Assembly (NCBI GenBank): GCA_016867815.1
Contig: VGIR01000005.1
Location: 779-64,778 of the forward strand
DNA: 64,000 bases
Source of the DNA: a candidate division WOR-3 bacterium
GTDB lineage: Bacteria > Hydrothermota > Tepidihabitantia > Tepidihabitantales > Tepidihabitantaceae
Reading direction: 5' to 3'
The stretch's first letter is position 1. Each line of letters begins with the position of its first letter. Made by a program: the position numbers and the translations under genes. Positions 1 through 9,771 of the stretch are shown here, in pieces. The notes beneath the pieces were generated by a model that worked only from the letters and a program-made list of their open reading frames with translations, ran no database searches and was not told where the DNA came from.

Positions 1-226
1 CCGAGTACTCCTTCCGTAATGGAACCAGCCACGAGTTCAGGTCGTGCTGCGATTCACGTTTGTAGCCGAACCCAACCAGGGCGATACTGCCGCTGGCGGA
101 GTCCGGCAGTACCAGCCGACTGCCGTCCAGCAACCCCGCGTCCAAACGCGGCAGCTTCGACCAAAGCAAAGGCGCAGCGCTAGCACCTATGAAGCTGGCA
201 AGCAAGATGGAGCTGATGCGAATCAC
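1..226 (-). CDS. Partial exported hypothetical protein, possibly ATP10/thioredoxin-like; runs off the left edge
   Basis: Not in the ORF track. GTG at 226 opens a frame to position 1: MIRISSILLASFIGASAAPLLWSKLPRLDAGLLDGSRLVLPDSASGSIALVGFGYKRESQHDLNSWLVPLRKEYS. It has a signal-peptide-like N-terminus and is divergent from the symporter gene. Confidence 0.55.
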   Translation of the reverse strand, partial: MIRISSILLASFIGASAAPLLWSKLPRLDAGLLDGSRLVLPDSASGSIALVGFGYKRESQHDLNSWLVPLRKEYS

Positions 227-318
227 CCTTGTATTCGACCTTAGTCCCTGCGCAATCGGTTCCTGTCACCAGATGGCCGCACCAGCTCCGTCGCTTGCGT
301 TGTGGCAGTGTGCGCAGC

Positions 319-346
319 TTGACCCCGCGGCCAGGGATTCTAGACT
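319..346 (+). promoter_or_regulatory. Sigma70-like promoter TTGACC-N16-TAGACT
   Basis: Directly upstream of the symporter ATG at 357; the same form recurs at three other + strand sites. Confidence 0.55.
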
Positions 347-356
347 GGCGTTCGTG

Positions 357-1460
357 ATGAAGCTCCCCGACTACCGGAAACTCCATACGGTCCCGCGCAT
401 CATCATCTTCCTCGTCGGGGTCTACGTCTTCCTTTTCTCAATCGAGCTTATGGGCAAAGGCTTCAACGGGCTGGGCGCCGGGTTCACCCGAACGCTCTTT
501 TCGCTGACCGCCACCCCGCTTACCGGCCTCTTCATCGGCCTGCTGGTCACCTCCATTTGCCAGAGCTCGTCCTCGACGACTTCGGTCGTGGTCGGACTGG
601 TTGCCTGCGGCTCGCTCGATATCACCCACGCCATCCCCATCGTGATGGGTGCGAACATCGGAACGACTGTCACGAGCACGATCGTCTCGTTTGCCCACGT
701 CGGACGCAGACAGGAGTTCGAACGGGCATTCCCGGCCGCCATGGTCCACGATATCTTCAACATCCTGACGGTCATGACCCTGATGCCACTGGAGGCCCTC
801 TTCCACCCGCTGGCGCGTGGGTCGGCCCTGCTCGCCCGGGCGTTCCAAGGCGTCGGAGGGCTCTCCGTTTCCAGTCCCTTGCAGTTCGTCACCGGACCGC
901 CGCTCCACGCTGTCAGCCGGCTCGTGGGTCGCATTGCGTGGATCGAGCTTGCCGTAGCTCTCTTCCTGCTTTTCTCCGCCCTCAAGGTGATGGTGGACAT
1001 GCTCCGCTCGCTCATCAGCCGGCGCTTCGAGGTCATCCTCGACAAGTACCTGTTCGGCAACGCGGGCCGGGCGTTCCTGCTCGGCCTCTTCTTCACTGCA
1101 CTCATCCAGTCCAGCTCGGTCACCATATCCATGGCCGTGCCGCTGGCGGGCGCGGGCCTGCTGACACTCCGCCAGCTCTTCCCCTACGCCCTCGGCGCCA
1201 ACATCGGCACGACGGTCACTGCGGTTCTCGCTGCGCTCGTTACCGGCTCGATTTCGGCCGTGCAAGTCGCGTTCGCCCACACCCTCTTCAACAGCTTCGG
1301 CACAGCAATATGGTATCCGCTGCGCATCGTGCCGCTGTCGATTGCCGGCTGGCTGGGCGGCTTCTGTGCCCGGCACCGCGTGTTCGCCGTGCTTTTCGTG
1401 ATAGTCGTGTTCTTTGCCATACCGCTGGTTGCGGTTATACTTTTGAGGAGGACAGTATGA
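357..1460 (+). CDS. Na+/phosphate cotransporter family protein (NptA/NaPi-II type)
   Basis: Two copies of the QSSS...GANIGTT signature (QSSSSTTS/GANIGTTVT and QSSSVT/GANIGTTVT) and many hydrophobic segments. Start moved to ATG 357. Confidence 0.9.
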   Translation: MKLPDYRKLHTVPRIIIFLVGVYVFLFSIELMGKGFNGLGAGFTRTLFSLTATPLTGLFIGLLVTSICQSSSSTTSVVVGLVACGSLDITHAIPIVMGANIGTTVTSTIVSFAHVGRRQEFERAFPAAMVHDIFNILTVMTLMPLEALFHPLARGSALLARAFQGVGGLSVSSPLQFVTGPPLHAVSRLVGRIAWIELAVALFLLFSALKVMVDMLRSLISRRFEVILDKYLFGNAGRAFLLGLFFTALIQSSSVTISMAVPLAGAGLLTLRQLFPYALGANIGTTVTAVLAALVTGSISAVQVAFAHTLFNSFGTAIWYPLRIVPLSIAGWLGGFCARHRVFAVLFVIVVFFAIPLVAVILLRRTV

Positions 1461-2134
1461 TATTGACCGACCTCCTGAAGCTCTGGAAGAAAACGTCGCT
1501 GGTTGACGAAGCCACCGCGCAGTGTGTCGAGATGCTGCGCATCGGCCAGCAGATGTTCGCCTACTCGCTCGGCGTCCTGATGGACAACGAGTGCGAGGTC
1601 GAGGACATCTACGCGATGGACCGCACCCTGAACCATGGCGAGATTGCGGTTCGCCGCATGATAGCCGAGCACCTCGCGGTCAATCCGCAGGAAGATGCGA
1701 TTCCGGCGCTGTTCCTTGCAACGATTGTCGGCGACATCGAACGGATCGGCGACTACTGCAAGAACCTGATCGAGCTGGCCCACCACTACCCGGAGAAGCT
1801 CGAGGGCCCGTACATCGACCGCATCCGAGCGGTCAAACTGGACGTTGCCAGGATGTACGATGATACCATGAAAGCCTACGCTGAAAACGACGCCTCGCTT
1901 GCCGCCTCGGTGATGGAGCGGCACGCCGAACTCGCCCGGACCTGCGACGGACTGACCGACCGGCTGCTGGCCGAGCAGCAGATGTGCGGACGCGACGCCA
2001 TCATCCGGGCGCTACTGATCCGCTTCCTGAAGCGTGTGTCCGCCCACCTGAAGAACGTCGCCTCGTCGCTGGTGAACCCGTACCACAAGCTCGGCTACAA
2101 GCCGGACGGGACACCCGACGACCGCGACGAATGA
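1457..2134 (+). CDS. PhoU-domain protein
   Basis: ATGA overlap with the symporter stop and RBS GAGGAG at 1445-1450; PhoU repeat motifs DIERIGDYCKN and FLKRVSAHLKNVA. This is the 3' part of track ORF 557..2134. Confidence 0.85.
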   Translation: MILTDLLKLWKKTSLVDEATAQCVEMLRIGQQMFAYSLGVLMDNECEVEDIYAMDRTLNHGEIAVRRMIAEHLAVNPQEDAIPALFLATIVGDIERIGDYCKNLIELAHHYPEKLEGPYIDRIRAVKLDVARMYDDTMKAYAENDASLAASVMERHAELARTCDGLTDRLLAEQQMCGRDAIIRALLIRFLKRVSAHLKNVASSLVNPYHKLGYKPDGTPDDRDE

Positions 2135-2436
2135 CGCGCCCCTGCTGAGAACATAGCCCGCGTCGGCGGGCCTTCGCACGCGCCCGCTCTCACTGTCCCG
2201 CCACACGCCTCCGGGTATCGGCATCTGCACCCCGGCTTCCAGATTCGTCCTCCGCGCCGACTAGCCGAATCCTGACAATTGGCCTATCCGCGCCTGGCAG
2301 ATCGGCCCTAGGCTGTTGCCGCATGTTTGCGGCGGCGCCATCCAGCAGAAGAGCGTGCGTCAGCACACCCAGCAATATTTCGCTTGAATCTGTCAAGGAA
2401 TTGGCCATAATGGTGAGCCTACCAAGGAACGCGGTC

Positions 2437-3120
2437 TTGACTACAGTACTTGAAGACAAAATCGCCGGATTGAAGCAGCAGCTCTTCACGATGGCCGGTA
2501 TCGTGGAAGAGATGATCGGCAACAGCGTCAAGGCGCTGGTCCACAGGGAACCGGCGCTGGCCGAGCAGGTGATCGGCCCGGACGAAGACCGCGTCAACCG
2601 GCTGGAAATCGAGAACGAGGACGCGGCCATCAACCTGATGGCGCTCTACCAGCCCGAGGCTTCGAACCTGCGCGCCATTGCCATGATCATCAAGATCAAC
2701 AACGACCTTGAGCGGCTTGGCGACCATGCGGTCAACATCGCTGAGGCGGCCCAGTTCCTGATGACGCGGCCTGCGGTGAAGCCGCTGGTCGACATCCCGA
2801 AGATGGCCGACTACGCCATCGCCATGCTCAAGGACTCGCTCGACGCCTTCACGCGCACTGATGCCGAACTGGCACGTTCGGTCTGTGGCCGCGACAACAT
2901 CGTCGACGAGCTGAACGACACGGTGAAGACCGATCTCGCCCGGGTCATGAGCGCCGACGCCGCGACCATCGAGCGGGCCCTCAAACTGATGATGGTGTCG
3001 CTGAACCTCGAACGGATCGCCGACCTTGCCACCAACATAGCCGAGGACACCATCTACATCGCGACCGGACAAGTGATTAAGCACCACTGCAAGAACGAGG
3101 CACAGAACCCCGACCATTGA
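2437..3120 (+). CDS. phoU: Phosphate signalling protein PhoU
   Basis: Motifs INNDLERLGDHAVNIAE and NLERIADLATNIAEDTIY; TTG start after AAGGA is probable. Confidence 0.92.
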   Translation: MTTVLEDKIAGLKQQLFTMAGIVEEMIGNSVKALVHREPALAEQVIGPDEDRVNRLEIENEDAAINLMALYQPEASNLRAIAMIIKINNDLERLGDHAVNIAEAAQFLMTRPAVKPLVDIPKMADYAIAMLKDSLDAFTRTDAELARSVCGRDNIVDELNDTVKTDLARVMSADAATIERALKLMMVSLNLERIADLATNIAEDTIYIATGQVIKHHCKNEAQNPDH

Positions 3121-3797
3121 GTCGTCTGATAGCGGTCGTAGACGACGAGCCGGATATCCGTGACCTGGTTGCTCTCCATCTAAAGGGGGCCGGCTTCAGC
3201 GTCCGCGCCTTCCCCGACGCCACGCAGTTCCAGAAGTCGCTCGCCGGCAGCCTGCCGGACTTGGTCATCCTTGACCTGATGCTGCCCGATGCCGACGGAA
3301 TCGATGTCTGCAAGGACATGAAACGCGGCGCCCGTACTACCGACATTCCCATCGTCATGCTGACAGCACGGGGCGACGAACTCGACCGTGTGCTGGGCCT
3401 GGAAATCGGCGCCGACGACTACATCACCAAGCCGTTCTCGCCCAAAGAGCTGGTCGCCCGCGTGAAAGCCGTTCTCCGCCGCCGCGACAAGGGCGGCCGG
3501 CAGGCTACGGTTGAGCTGACCGAAGGCGTAGTCATGGACCCGAACCGCTACGAAGTCTCGGTTAACGGCCGGAAGCTGGAGCTGACGACTACCGAGTTCA
3601 AGCTCCTCGCAATCCTGGCGGAGCGCCGCGGCTGGGTTTTCTCCCGCGACGAGATCTTGGGCCGCCTGTGGGGTGACGAGAAGGCGGTTATCGACCGCAC
3701 GATTGACGTCCACGTGACGAACCTGCGAAGGAAGCTGGGGAAGGCGGGCCGGCTCATCGAGAACGTACGCGGCGTCGGCTACAAGCTTACCGACTGA
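3117..3797 (+). CDS. phoB: OmpR/PhoB-family response regulator
   Basis: Receiver (VVDDE, LDLMLP, LTA, KPF) plus winged helix (RTIDVHVTNLRRKL, VRGVGY); overlaps the phoU stop. The symbol is inferred from context. Confidence 0.85.
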   Translation: MSRLIAVVDDEPDIRDLVALHLKGAGFSVRAFPDATQFQKSLAGSLPDLVILDLMLPDADGIDVCKDMKRGARTTDIPIVMLTARGDELDRVLGLEIGADDYITKPFSPKELVARVKAVLRRRDKGGRQATVELTEGVVMDPNRYEVSVNGRKLELTTTEFKLLAILAERRGWVFSRDEILGRLWGDEKAVIDRTIDVHVTNLRRKLGKAGRLIENVRGVGYKLTD

Positions 3798-3799
3798 AC

Positions 3800-3897
3800 A
3801 GGAATCAAGGAATCGAGGATTCAAGGAACCCAGTGAACGGATTGCCCGAGTCAGGCTCTCACATGAATCCTGGAATCCTGGGATCCTCGTATCCTCT
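3800..3897. repeat. Inverted pair of 8-mer micro-repeat tracts, AGGAATC(A/G)-like on the left and GAATCCTG-like on the right
   Basis: aggaatcaaggaatcgaggattcaaggaacc ... gaatcctggaatcctgggatcctcgtatcct, between the regulator and kinase genes. Confidence 0.7.
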
Positions 3898-3906
3898 GCC
3901 CCGTCT

Positions 3907-5238
3907 TTGAAGCGCTACATCCTGCTGCGGTTGCTCGCCCTCCAGCTGGCGATAGTCATTGTGCTGCTCGTCGCAGGCCTGGCCGCGCGCGGCACGCGGC
4001 ACAACACGATCCTCTGGGTCACAGCCGCGGTTGTCACGGTGGCCACCGGCGCGGTGTCATATCTGGTCGCCCGCAGCACGGTGCGGCCGCTTCGTGACCT
4101 GACTGCGGCGTTTCGCCGGCTGAGTGCCGGCGACTTCGACGTCCGCGTGCTTCCCGCCAAGCGTGGCCGGCTGCGCGAACTTGGCGATGACTTCAACCAG
4201 ATGGTATTCAGGACCAAGACGCTGGTAGACGAACTGCGCCAGCAGCGCGAGGCTCTGGACGCAATCGTTGCGTCGATCCAAGAAGGCCTGGCCGTGGTGG
4301 ACGGGCAGGGCCGAATCGTCCTTGCCAACGCCAGCTTCCGCCGCCTGGCTGGTGAATCCAAGATCGAAGGCCGCTACTACTGGGAGATAATCCGCGAGCC
4401 GGATTTCGTCGAACTCGTTCGCTCAGTGACGGCCGGGGCCCCGTTGGCTACCCGACAGATCGAGATCGCCGACCGTATCTACGCCTGCAGCGCTAACTAC
4501 CTCGCGACCGCGCAACAGGTCGTTCTGACCCTCCACGACGACACCGAGGTCGCGCGGGCCGCGCAGATGAAGAAGGACTTCGTCCAGAACGTTTCCCACG
4601 AACTCCGAACGCCGCTCACCGCCATCAAGGGCTTCGCCGAGACCATGGAAGCGACCATTGACAACGGCAGCCGGCCGTACCTCGAGACCATCATCCGCAA
4701 CACTGACCGGCTCGTCAGTCTCGTGCAGGACCTGCTCACGCTCTCTGAACTGGAGGAACGCGGAGCCGGGCTCCAACTTGAGGACGTCGATCTGCGGGCC
4801 ATCGCCGCGCAGATGCTTCCGCTCTTCGACAAGGCGGCAAAAGACAAAGGACTCGAACTGAAGCTCTCGTTGTCCGGGGACGGTGTCCCGCTCCGCGCCG
4901 ACCGGTTCAAGCTTGAGCAGGTCTTCATCAACCTGCTCGACAACGCGGTCAAGTACACCGACAAAGGAGAGGTCGAACTCGCCATCAGTCGTGAGGACGG
5001 CAAGATCGTTATCGAGGTCCGCGACACCGGACCCGGTATTGCGGCCGAGCACCTGCCCCGGCTGTTCGAGCGCTTCTACGTGGTGGATAAAGGCCGCTCC
5101 CGCCGGCTCGGAGGCACCGGGCTCGGCCTGTCGATAGTGAAACACATCGTCCTCCTTCACTCTGGCGACATCTCGGTGCGTAGTACGCCCGGTGCGGGCA
5201 CGGCTTTCACCATCTCGCTACCGATCGGGACAACATAG
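3907..5238 (+). CDS. phoR: PhoR-like sensor histidine kinase (2 TM, HAMP, PAS, HisKA, HATPase)
   Basis: H-box NVSHELRTPLTAIKG, N-box NLLDNAVKY, G-boxes DTGPGI and GTGLGLSIVKH, and the PhoR-typical RFYVVDKGRSR. Confidence 0.88.
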   Translation: MKRYILLRLLALQLAIVIVLLVAGLAARGTRHNTILWVTAAVVTVATGAVSYLVARSTVRPLRDLTAAFRRLSAGDFDVRVLPAKRGRLRELGDDFNQMVFRTKTLVDELRQQREALDAIVASIQEGLAVVDGQGRIVLANASFRRLAGESKIEGRYYWEIIREPDFVELVRSVTAGAPLATRQIEIADRIYACSANYLATAQQVVLTLHDDTEVARAAQMKKDFVQNVSHELRTPLTAIKGFAETMEATIDNGSRPYLETIIRNTDRLVSLVQDLLTLSELEERGAGLQLEDVDLRAIAAQMLPLFDKAAKDKGLELKLSLSGDGVPLRADRFKLEQVFINLLDNAVKYTDKGEVELAISREDGKIVIEVRDTGPGIAAEHLPRLFERFYVVDKGRSRRLGGTGLGLSIVKHIVLLHSGDISVRSTPGAGTAFTISLPIGTT

Positions 5239-5395
5239 CCCGGCCACCGGATAGAAGCCGTATTGGCTGCGCGCTGCCCGGAATCGACGGTCACCATTCC
5301 GGACAAGCGACCACGACTGCAACGAAGGCGCTTGGGCGGCAGTTCCGGCCGCAACCATATCCGGAGTAGCCTCCGAGTCGCTACCTTCTCCGTCG

Positions 5396-5423
5396 TTGAC
5401 AAACAGAGGGGGAGGGCTAGACT
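5396..5423 (+). promoter_or_regulatory. Sigma70-like promoter TTGACA-N16-TAGACT
   Basis: Intergenic, upstream of the kinase at 5660. Confidence 0.5.
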
Positions 5424-5659
5424 TCCCGATACTGATGCTGGGTCGCATCCTCGGTCACGACTGGCCGTGTGCTCCGGGTTTGCGTCTCAACATAGGGAGC
5501 ATCTAACGACTTGTGATTAATGCAGATACCGTTGACTGACGCGACGAAGTGCAACCCGGAGCTCGCGCTGAAGCTGCAAGCGGGCATCTGGATGGCTGAG
5601 GACCTCACTCCCCATGACGCCGACGCGAGCGCGCCGCTCGTCGGCTCAACCTCGTAGAC

Positions 5660-6436
5660 ATGCTAGCAGGATCTCAGGCCCCGCCAGCGGGACTGCCCGG
5701 GCAGCCGGAACCTGCGTACGCCGACTCGCTGGCTATGGTCTGCCACGACCTGCGTACGCCGCTGGCGGCAATCAAAGAGGCACTGGCGCTGCTGACGGAG
5801 ACCGCAACCAGCCAGCTCGACGACCGTCAGCACCGCTACCTGGCCGTTGCCCGCGAGGAGATCAACCGGCTCAACCGGATGATCGACGACCTTGTTGAAG
5901 TTTCCCGAATGGAATCAGGCAAGGTTGTCCTGCATCCCAAGGCGGTGGACTTGTCCGAACTGCTCTCCGCTGCGACTGAGAGCCTGTCGCCGCTTGCGGG
6001 CAAGCGCAACCTGACAATCCGGCGCGACGTGCCGTCACTCCTGCCGCAGGTGACCGGTGACCGCGATCAACTGCTCCGCGTCTTCGGCAACCTCCTCGAC
6101 AATGCCATTAAGCATTCGCCTGTGGGCGGGACGGTTCGCGTGGGGATAACCCCTGTAGACCCGCGCTCGGGCGCACCTGCCGGAGATGGTAGCACTGCTC
6201 GCGACGGCTACGTCCAGGTCACGGTTTCGAACGACGGCCCCGGTATCCCGCCAGAGGCAATCGACCGGATCTTCGAGAAGTTCGAGCGTGCGGACTCGCG
6301 CTGCCCGGGAAGCGGGTTGGGCCTGGCAGTAGTCCGCTCGATAGTTGAGATGCACCACGGCAGGGTCTGGGCGGAAAGCACCTCAGGCCAGGGGGCGCGG
6401 TTCCAGTTCACGCTGCCCATCAGGGAGGCTTCGTGA
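5660..6436 (+). CDS. Cytoplasmic histidine kinase with no recognisable sensor domain
   Basis: HDLRTPL H-box about 25 aa from the start; NLLDNAIKH, NDGPGI, GSGLGL; no TM segment. An in-frame stop at 5615 limits N-terminal extension. Confidence 0.85.
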   Translation: MLAGSQAPPAGLPGQPEPAYADSLAMVCHDLRTPLAAIKEALALLTETATSQLDDRQHRYLAVAREEINRLNRMIDDLVEVSRMESGKVVLHPKAVDLSELLSAATESLSPLAGKRNLTIRRDVPSLLPQVTGDRDQLLRVFGNLLDNAIKHSPVGGTVRVGITPVDPRSGAPAGDGSTARDGYVQVTVSNDGPGIPPEAIDRIFEKFERADSRCPGSGLGLAVVRSIVEMHHGRVWAESTSGQGARFQFTLPIREAS

Positions 6437-6480
6437 ACACAGCCCGAGACCTTTGCGCCGGCGGCGGCCTTGCGCAGAGT

Positions 6481-6510
6481 TTGACTATCCCACTGGCCGC
6501 ACGGTATACT
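6481..6510 (+). promoter_or_regulatory. Sigma70-like promoter TTGACT-N18-TATACT
   Basis: Upstream of the response regulator at 6652. Confidence 0.5.
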
Positions 6511-6651
6511 GCAGTCGATGCAGCCGTGCCGAAGTCAGGACCTGACCGCAGGCGGTTCAATGACTAAGATGCGCCGCCGCAAGTTTGGGGTTCGGAGCAA
6601 CTCAGGCGAGACAGCCTTGTTCGATTTCATCCTGCCAGTCAAGGAGGACGC

Positions 6652-8901
6652 GTGACCAACACCAAGAAGAAGATACTCGTAGTTGAGGACGATGCCGGCC
6701 TGCGTGAAATGGTCAAGAGTAGGCTCGAGAAGGAAGGGTTTGACGTAGTCACCGCGACCGATGGGTTCCAGGCCGTCGTCACGGCACGCCAGGGCGACCT
6801 CGACCTGATTGTTCTCGATTTGATACTCCCCAAGATGGACGGCTACTCGGTATGCCAGCTGCTCAAGTCGAGCGGGGCAAAGACCCCGATCATCATCCTC
6901 AGTGCCCGTTCGTCGCCGGAGGACATACGCCGAGCCCTCGACATGGGAGCGAACGCCTTTGTTCCCAAGCCGTACGACGCGCCGGTGCTGGTGAGCAAGG
7001 TCCGCGAGATCCTGTTCCCCGGGGAACAGGCCAAGACGTCGGTGGCCGCACCCGTAGCAGCTCCTCCGAAACCGGCGCCGGTAGTTGAGGCGCCGAAACC
7101 GGCTCCAGCAGCGGCGGTTATGACGCCCCCCGCCCTGGACAAAGCGAAGGCGGAACGCGAGGCGGCGGAACGGCGGGCGAAAGAGGAAGCCGAAGCCAGG
7201 GCACGTGCCGCCGACGCTGAACGCAGGCGGCAGGAAGAAGCCCGGAAGACAACGCCGACACCCACCAAGGAAGAGCTCGAACTCATAGAAGAAGAGAAGA
7301 GACTCGCCCAGAAACGAGCCAAGCTGCAGGCTGAGGCCCAGGCTCGCGCCGAAGCGGAACGGAAGCGGCAGGAAGAAGAACAGAAACTCGCGGCGCAGCG
7401 CGCCCGCGAGGAAGCCGAAGCCAAGGCTCGCGCCGAAGCCGAACGTAAGCGCAGGGAAGAGGAAGAGAGACTTGCCGCGCAGCGCGCCAAGGAAGAGGCC
7501 GATGCCAAGGCTCGCGCCGAGGCCGAACGCAAACGCCGGGAAGAAGAACAGAAGATCGCGGCGCAGCGCGCTCGCGAGGAAGCTGAAGCCAAGGCCCGCG
7601 CCGAAGCCGAGCGCAGGAAGCGTGAGGAAGAGGAACGCAGAATCGCCGCCCAGCGGGCCAAGGAAGAAGCCGAAGCCAGGGCTCGCGCCGAGGCCGAACG
7701 CAAACGCCGGGAAGAAGAACAGAGGATCGCGGCGCAGCGCGCCAAGGAAGAAGCCGAGGCCAAAGCGCGCGTTGAGGCGGAACGCAGGAAGAAGGAAGAG
7801 GAACGAAGACTCGCCGAGCAACGCGCCCGCGAGGAAGCCGAAGCCAAGGCTCGCGCCGAAGCCGAACGCAAGCGGAAAGAAGAAGAAGCTCGCCGACTCG
7901 CCGAGCAGCGAGCCCGCGAGGAAGCCGAGGCTCGGGCACGCTCAGAGGCCGAGATCAAGCGGCTCGATGAGCAGGAACGCAGACTCGCCCAGCAACGCGA
8001 GAAGGACGACGCCAAGACCAAATCCCGCTTCGACGGAGAACGGCGAAAACTCGAGGAAGAGGAGCGAAAGCTCGCCGAGAGACGGGCGCAGTTTGAAGCC
8101 CAGGTGAAAGCCTACGCTGATGAGGATCGCAAGCGCAAGGATGAGGAACGGAAACTCGCCGAGAAGCGCGGGCAACTTGAAGCCCAGGTGAAGGCCTACG
8201 CCGAAGCGGAACGCAAACGGAGAGAAGAGGAACAGCGGATCGCTGCGCAGCGCGCCAAGGAAGAAGCTGAGGCCAGAGCACGGGCCGAAGCAGAACGCAA
8301 GCGGAAAGAGGAAGAGGAGCGCCGGAGACGGGAAGAGGAGCAGCGAGCCAAAGAGGAAGCCGAGGCCAGGGCACGCGCCGAAGCAGAACGGAAGCGAATC
8401 GAGGAAGAGGAGCACAAACTGGCCGAGAAGCGTGCCCGCCTCCAGGCCGATGCCAAGGCACGCGCTGATGAGGAGCGCAAGGTGGCCGAGCGGCGAGCCA
8501 AAGAGGAAACCGAGGCCAAGGCACGCGCCGAAGCGGAACGCAAGCGACTCGAGGAAGAGGAACGTTTGCTGGCCGAGCACCGCGCCAAGGAGGAGGCGGA
8601 AGCGAAGGCCCGCGCCGAGGCGGAGCGCAAGCTGGCCGAAATGCGCGCCAATGAGACAGCCAAGGCCAAGGCTCGGGCCGAAAAGGAGCGCCAGGTTGCC
8701 GAGCAGCGTGCCAAGCTCGAAGCCGAAACCAAGGCCCGCACCGAGGCCCAACGCAAGCGCACGCAGGAGGAAGCCGAAGCCAAGGCCCGCGCCGAAGCGC
8801 TGCAACGGGAATGCGAAGAAGAGGAACGCAAGCTCGCCGAACGGAAAGCCCGGCTGGAGGCCGAAGCCAAGGCCCGCGCCGACAAGAACCGCAAAGCATA
8901 G
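6652..8901 (+). CDS. Response-regulator receiver fused to a P/A linker and a very long E/R/K/A charged helical repeat
   Basis: Intact receiver residues (EDD, LDLILP, LSA, PKPY), then ~590 aa of 28-29-aa repeats such as EEEQRIAAQRAKEEAEARARAEAERKRR; RBS AGGAGG before the GTG. Confidence 0.85.
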   Translation: MTNTKKKILVVEDDAGLREMVKSRLEKEGFDVVTATDGFQAVVTARQGDLDLIVLDLILPKMDGYSVCQLLKSSGAKTPIIILSARSSPEDIRRALDMGANAFVPKPYDAPVLVSKVREILFPGEQAKTSVAAPVAAPPKPAPVVEAPKPAPAAAVMTPPALDKAKAEREAAERRAKEEAEARARAADAERRRQEEARKTTPTPTKEELELIEEEKRLAQKRAKLQAEAQARAEAERKRQEEEQKLAAQRAREEAEAKARAEAERKRREEEERLAAQRAKEEADAKARAEAERKRREEEQKIAAQRAREEAEAKARAEAERRKREEEERRIAAQRAKEEAEARARAEAERKRREEEQRIAAQRAKEEAEAKARVEAERRKKEEERRLAEQRAREEAEAKARAEAERKRKEEEARRLAEQRAREEAEARARSEAEIKRLDEQERRLAQQREKDDAKTKSRFDGERRKLEEEERKLAERRAQFEAQVKAYADEDRKRKDEERKLAEKRGQLEAQVKAYAEAERKRREEEQRIAAQRAKEEAEARARAEAERKRKEEEERRRREEEQRAKEEAEARARAEAERKRIEEEEHKLAEKRARLQADAKARADEERKVAERRAKEETEAKARAEAERKRLEEEERLLAEHRAKEEAEAKARAEAERKLAEMRANETAKAKARAEKERQVAEQRAKLEAETKARTEAQRKRTQEEAEAKARAEALQRECEEEERKLAERKARLEAEAKARADKNRKA

Positions 8902-8955
8902 CGCTCCCCACGGCAGATCTTCGCCGCCTGCCGAGCAACCGTTAGCCCGCAGACC

Positions 8956-9771
8956 GTGACAACACCACAGTTGATCAGATTCGCGCTGGCGGAAGATGTC
9001 GGCACGGGTGACGTCACCTCCCGACTTGCGGTTCCTGCTCGCCGGCTTGCCTCTGCCCGGCTGGTCGCTCGCGCAGCCGGAGTAATTGCCGGCCTCGATG
9101 TGTGCTGCCGGGTCTTCCTTACCGTTGACTCGTCTGTCCGCTTCGCGCCCAGGTTGGAGGATGGCGCTCGGTACCGCAGGAACCAGGTGCTTGCTGTCGT
9201 CAGCGGCCGGGCCCGGTCGATTCTCACCGCCGAACGCACCGCCCTCAACTTCATCCAGCGGCTGTCCGGCATCGCCACGGCAACCCGCAGATTCGTCGAC
9301 GCAGCCCGCGGGACCAAGGCCGTCATCCTCGATACGCGCAAGACGACGCCGGGCTGGAGAGTGCTGGAGAAGTTCGCGGTCCGCTGCGGCGGCGGCACCA
9401 ATCACCGTGCCGGCCTCTACGACATGATTCTCATCAAGGATAACCACATCGCGGCTGCCGGCTCGATCACGGCGGCCCTCGAGCGTTGCCGCTCCAGCCG
9501 ACTATCGACTGAGGTCGAGACGCAGACCCTGGCTGATGTCAAAGAGGCCCTGGCCGGTGGAGCGAAGCGCATACTGCTCGACAACATGACTGTGGCAGAG
9601 ATGAAGAAAGCGGTTGCGCTCGCCCGCGGCAAGGCGCAGCTCGAGGCCTCGGGCGGAGTCACTTTGCGGAACGTGCGCCGGGTTGCGCACACCGGGGTTG
9701 ACTACATCTCAGTCGGAGCCATAACCCATTCGGCTCCGGCCGCGGACATCGCGCTCGATTTCGAAGGGTGA
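8956..9771 (+). CDS. nadC: Nicotinate-nucleotide diphosphorylase (quinolinate phosphoribosyltransferase)
   Basis: Motifs LAEDVGTGDVT, LDTRKTTPG, NHRAGLYDMILIKDNH, LLDNM, EASGG, DYISVGAITHS. Confidence 0.96.
   Translation: MTTPQLIRFALAEDVGTGDVTSRLAVPARRLASARLVARAAGVIAGLDVCCRVFLTVDSSVRFAPRLEDGARYRRNQVLAVVSGRARSILTAERTALNFIQRLSGIATATRRFVDAARGTKAVILDTRKTTPGWRVLEKFAVRCGGGTNHRAGLYDMILIKDNHIAAAGSITAALERCRSSRLSTEVETQTLADVKEALAGGAKRILLDNMTVAEMKKAVALARGKAQLEASGGVTLRNVRRVAHTGVDYISVGAITHSAPAADIALDFEG

Noticed and set aside
230-356. Pho boxes upstream of the symporter gene (also checked upstream of phoU)
   Set aside because: Only isolated CTGTCA half-sites, without an 11-bp tandem repeat.
557-1456. N-terminal 300 aa of track ORF 557..2134
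   Set aside because: Overlaps the symporter out of frame; the real PhoU-like gene starts at ATG 1457 with its own RBS.
6535-9447. Long ORFs in other frames over the response-regulator tail (428, 392, 501, 327 and 401 aa, among others)
   Set aside because: Shadows of a low-complexity GC-rich repeat that lacks stops in several frames; no family motifs or RBS.
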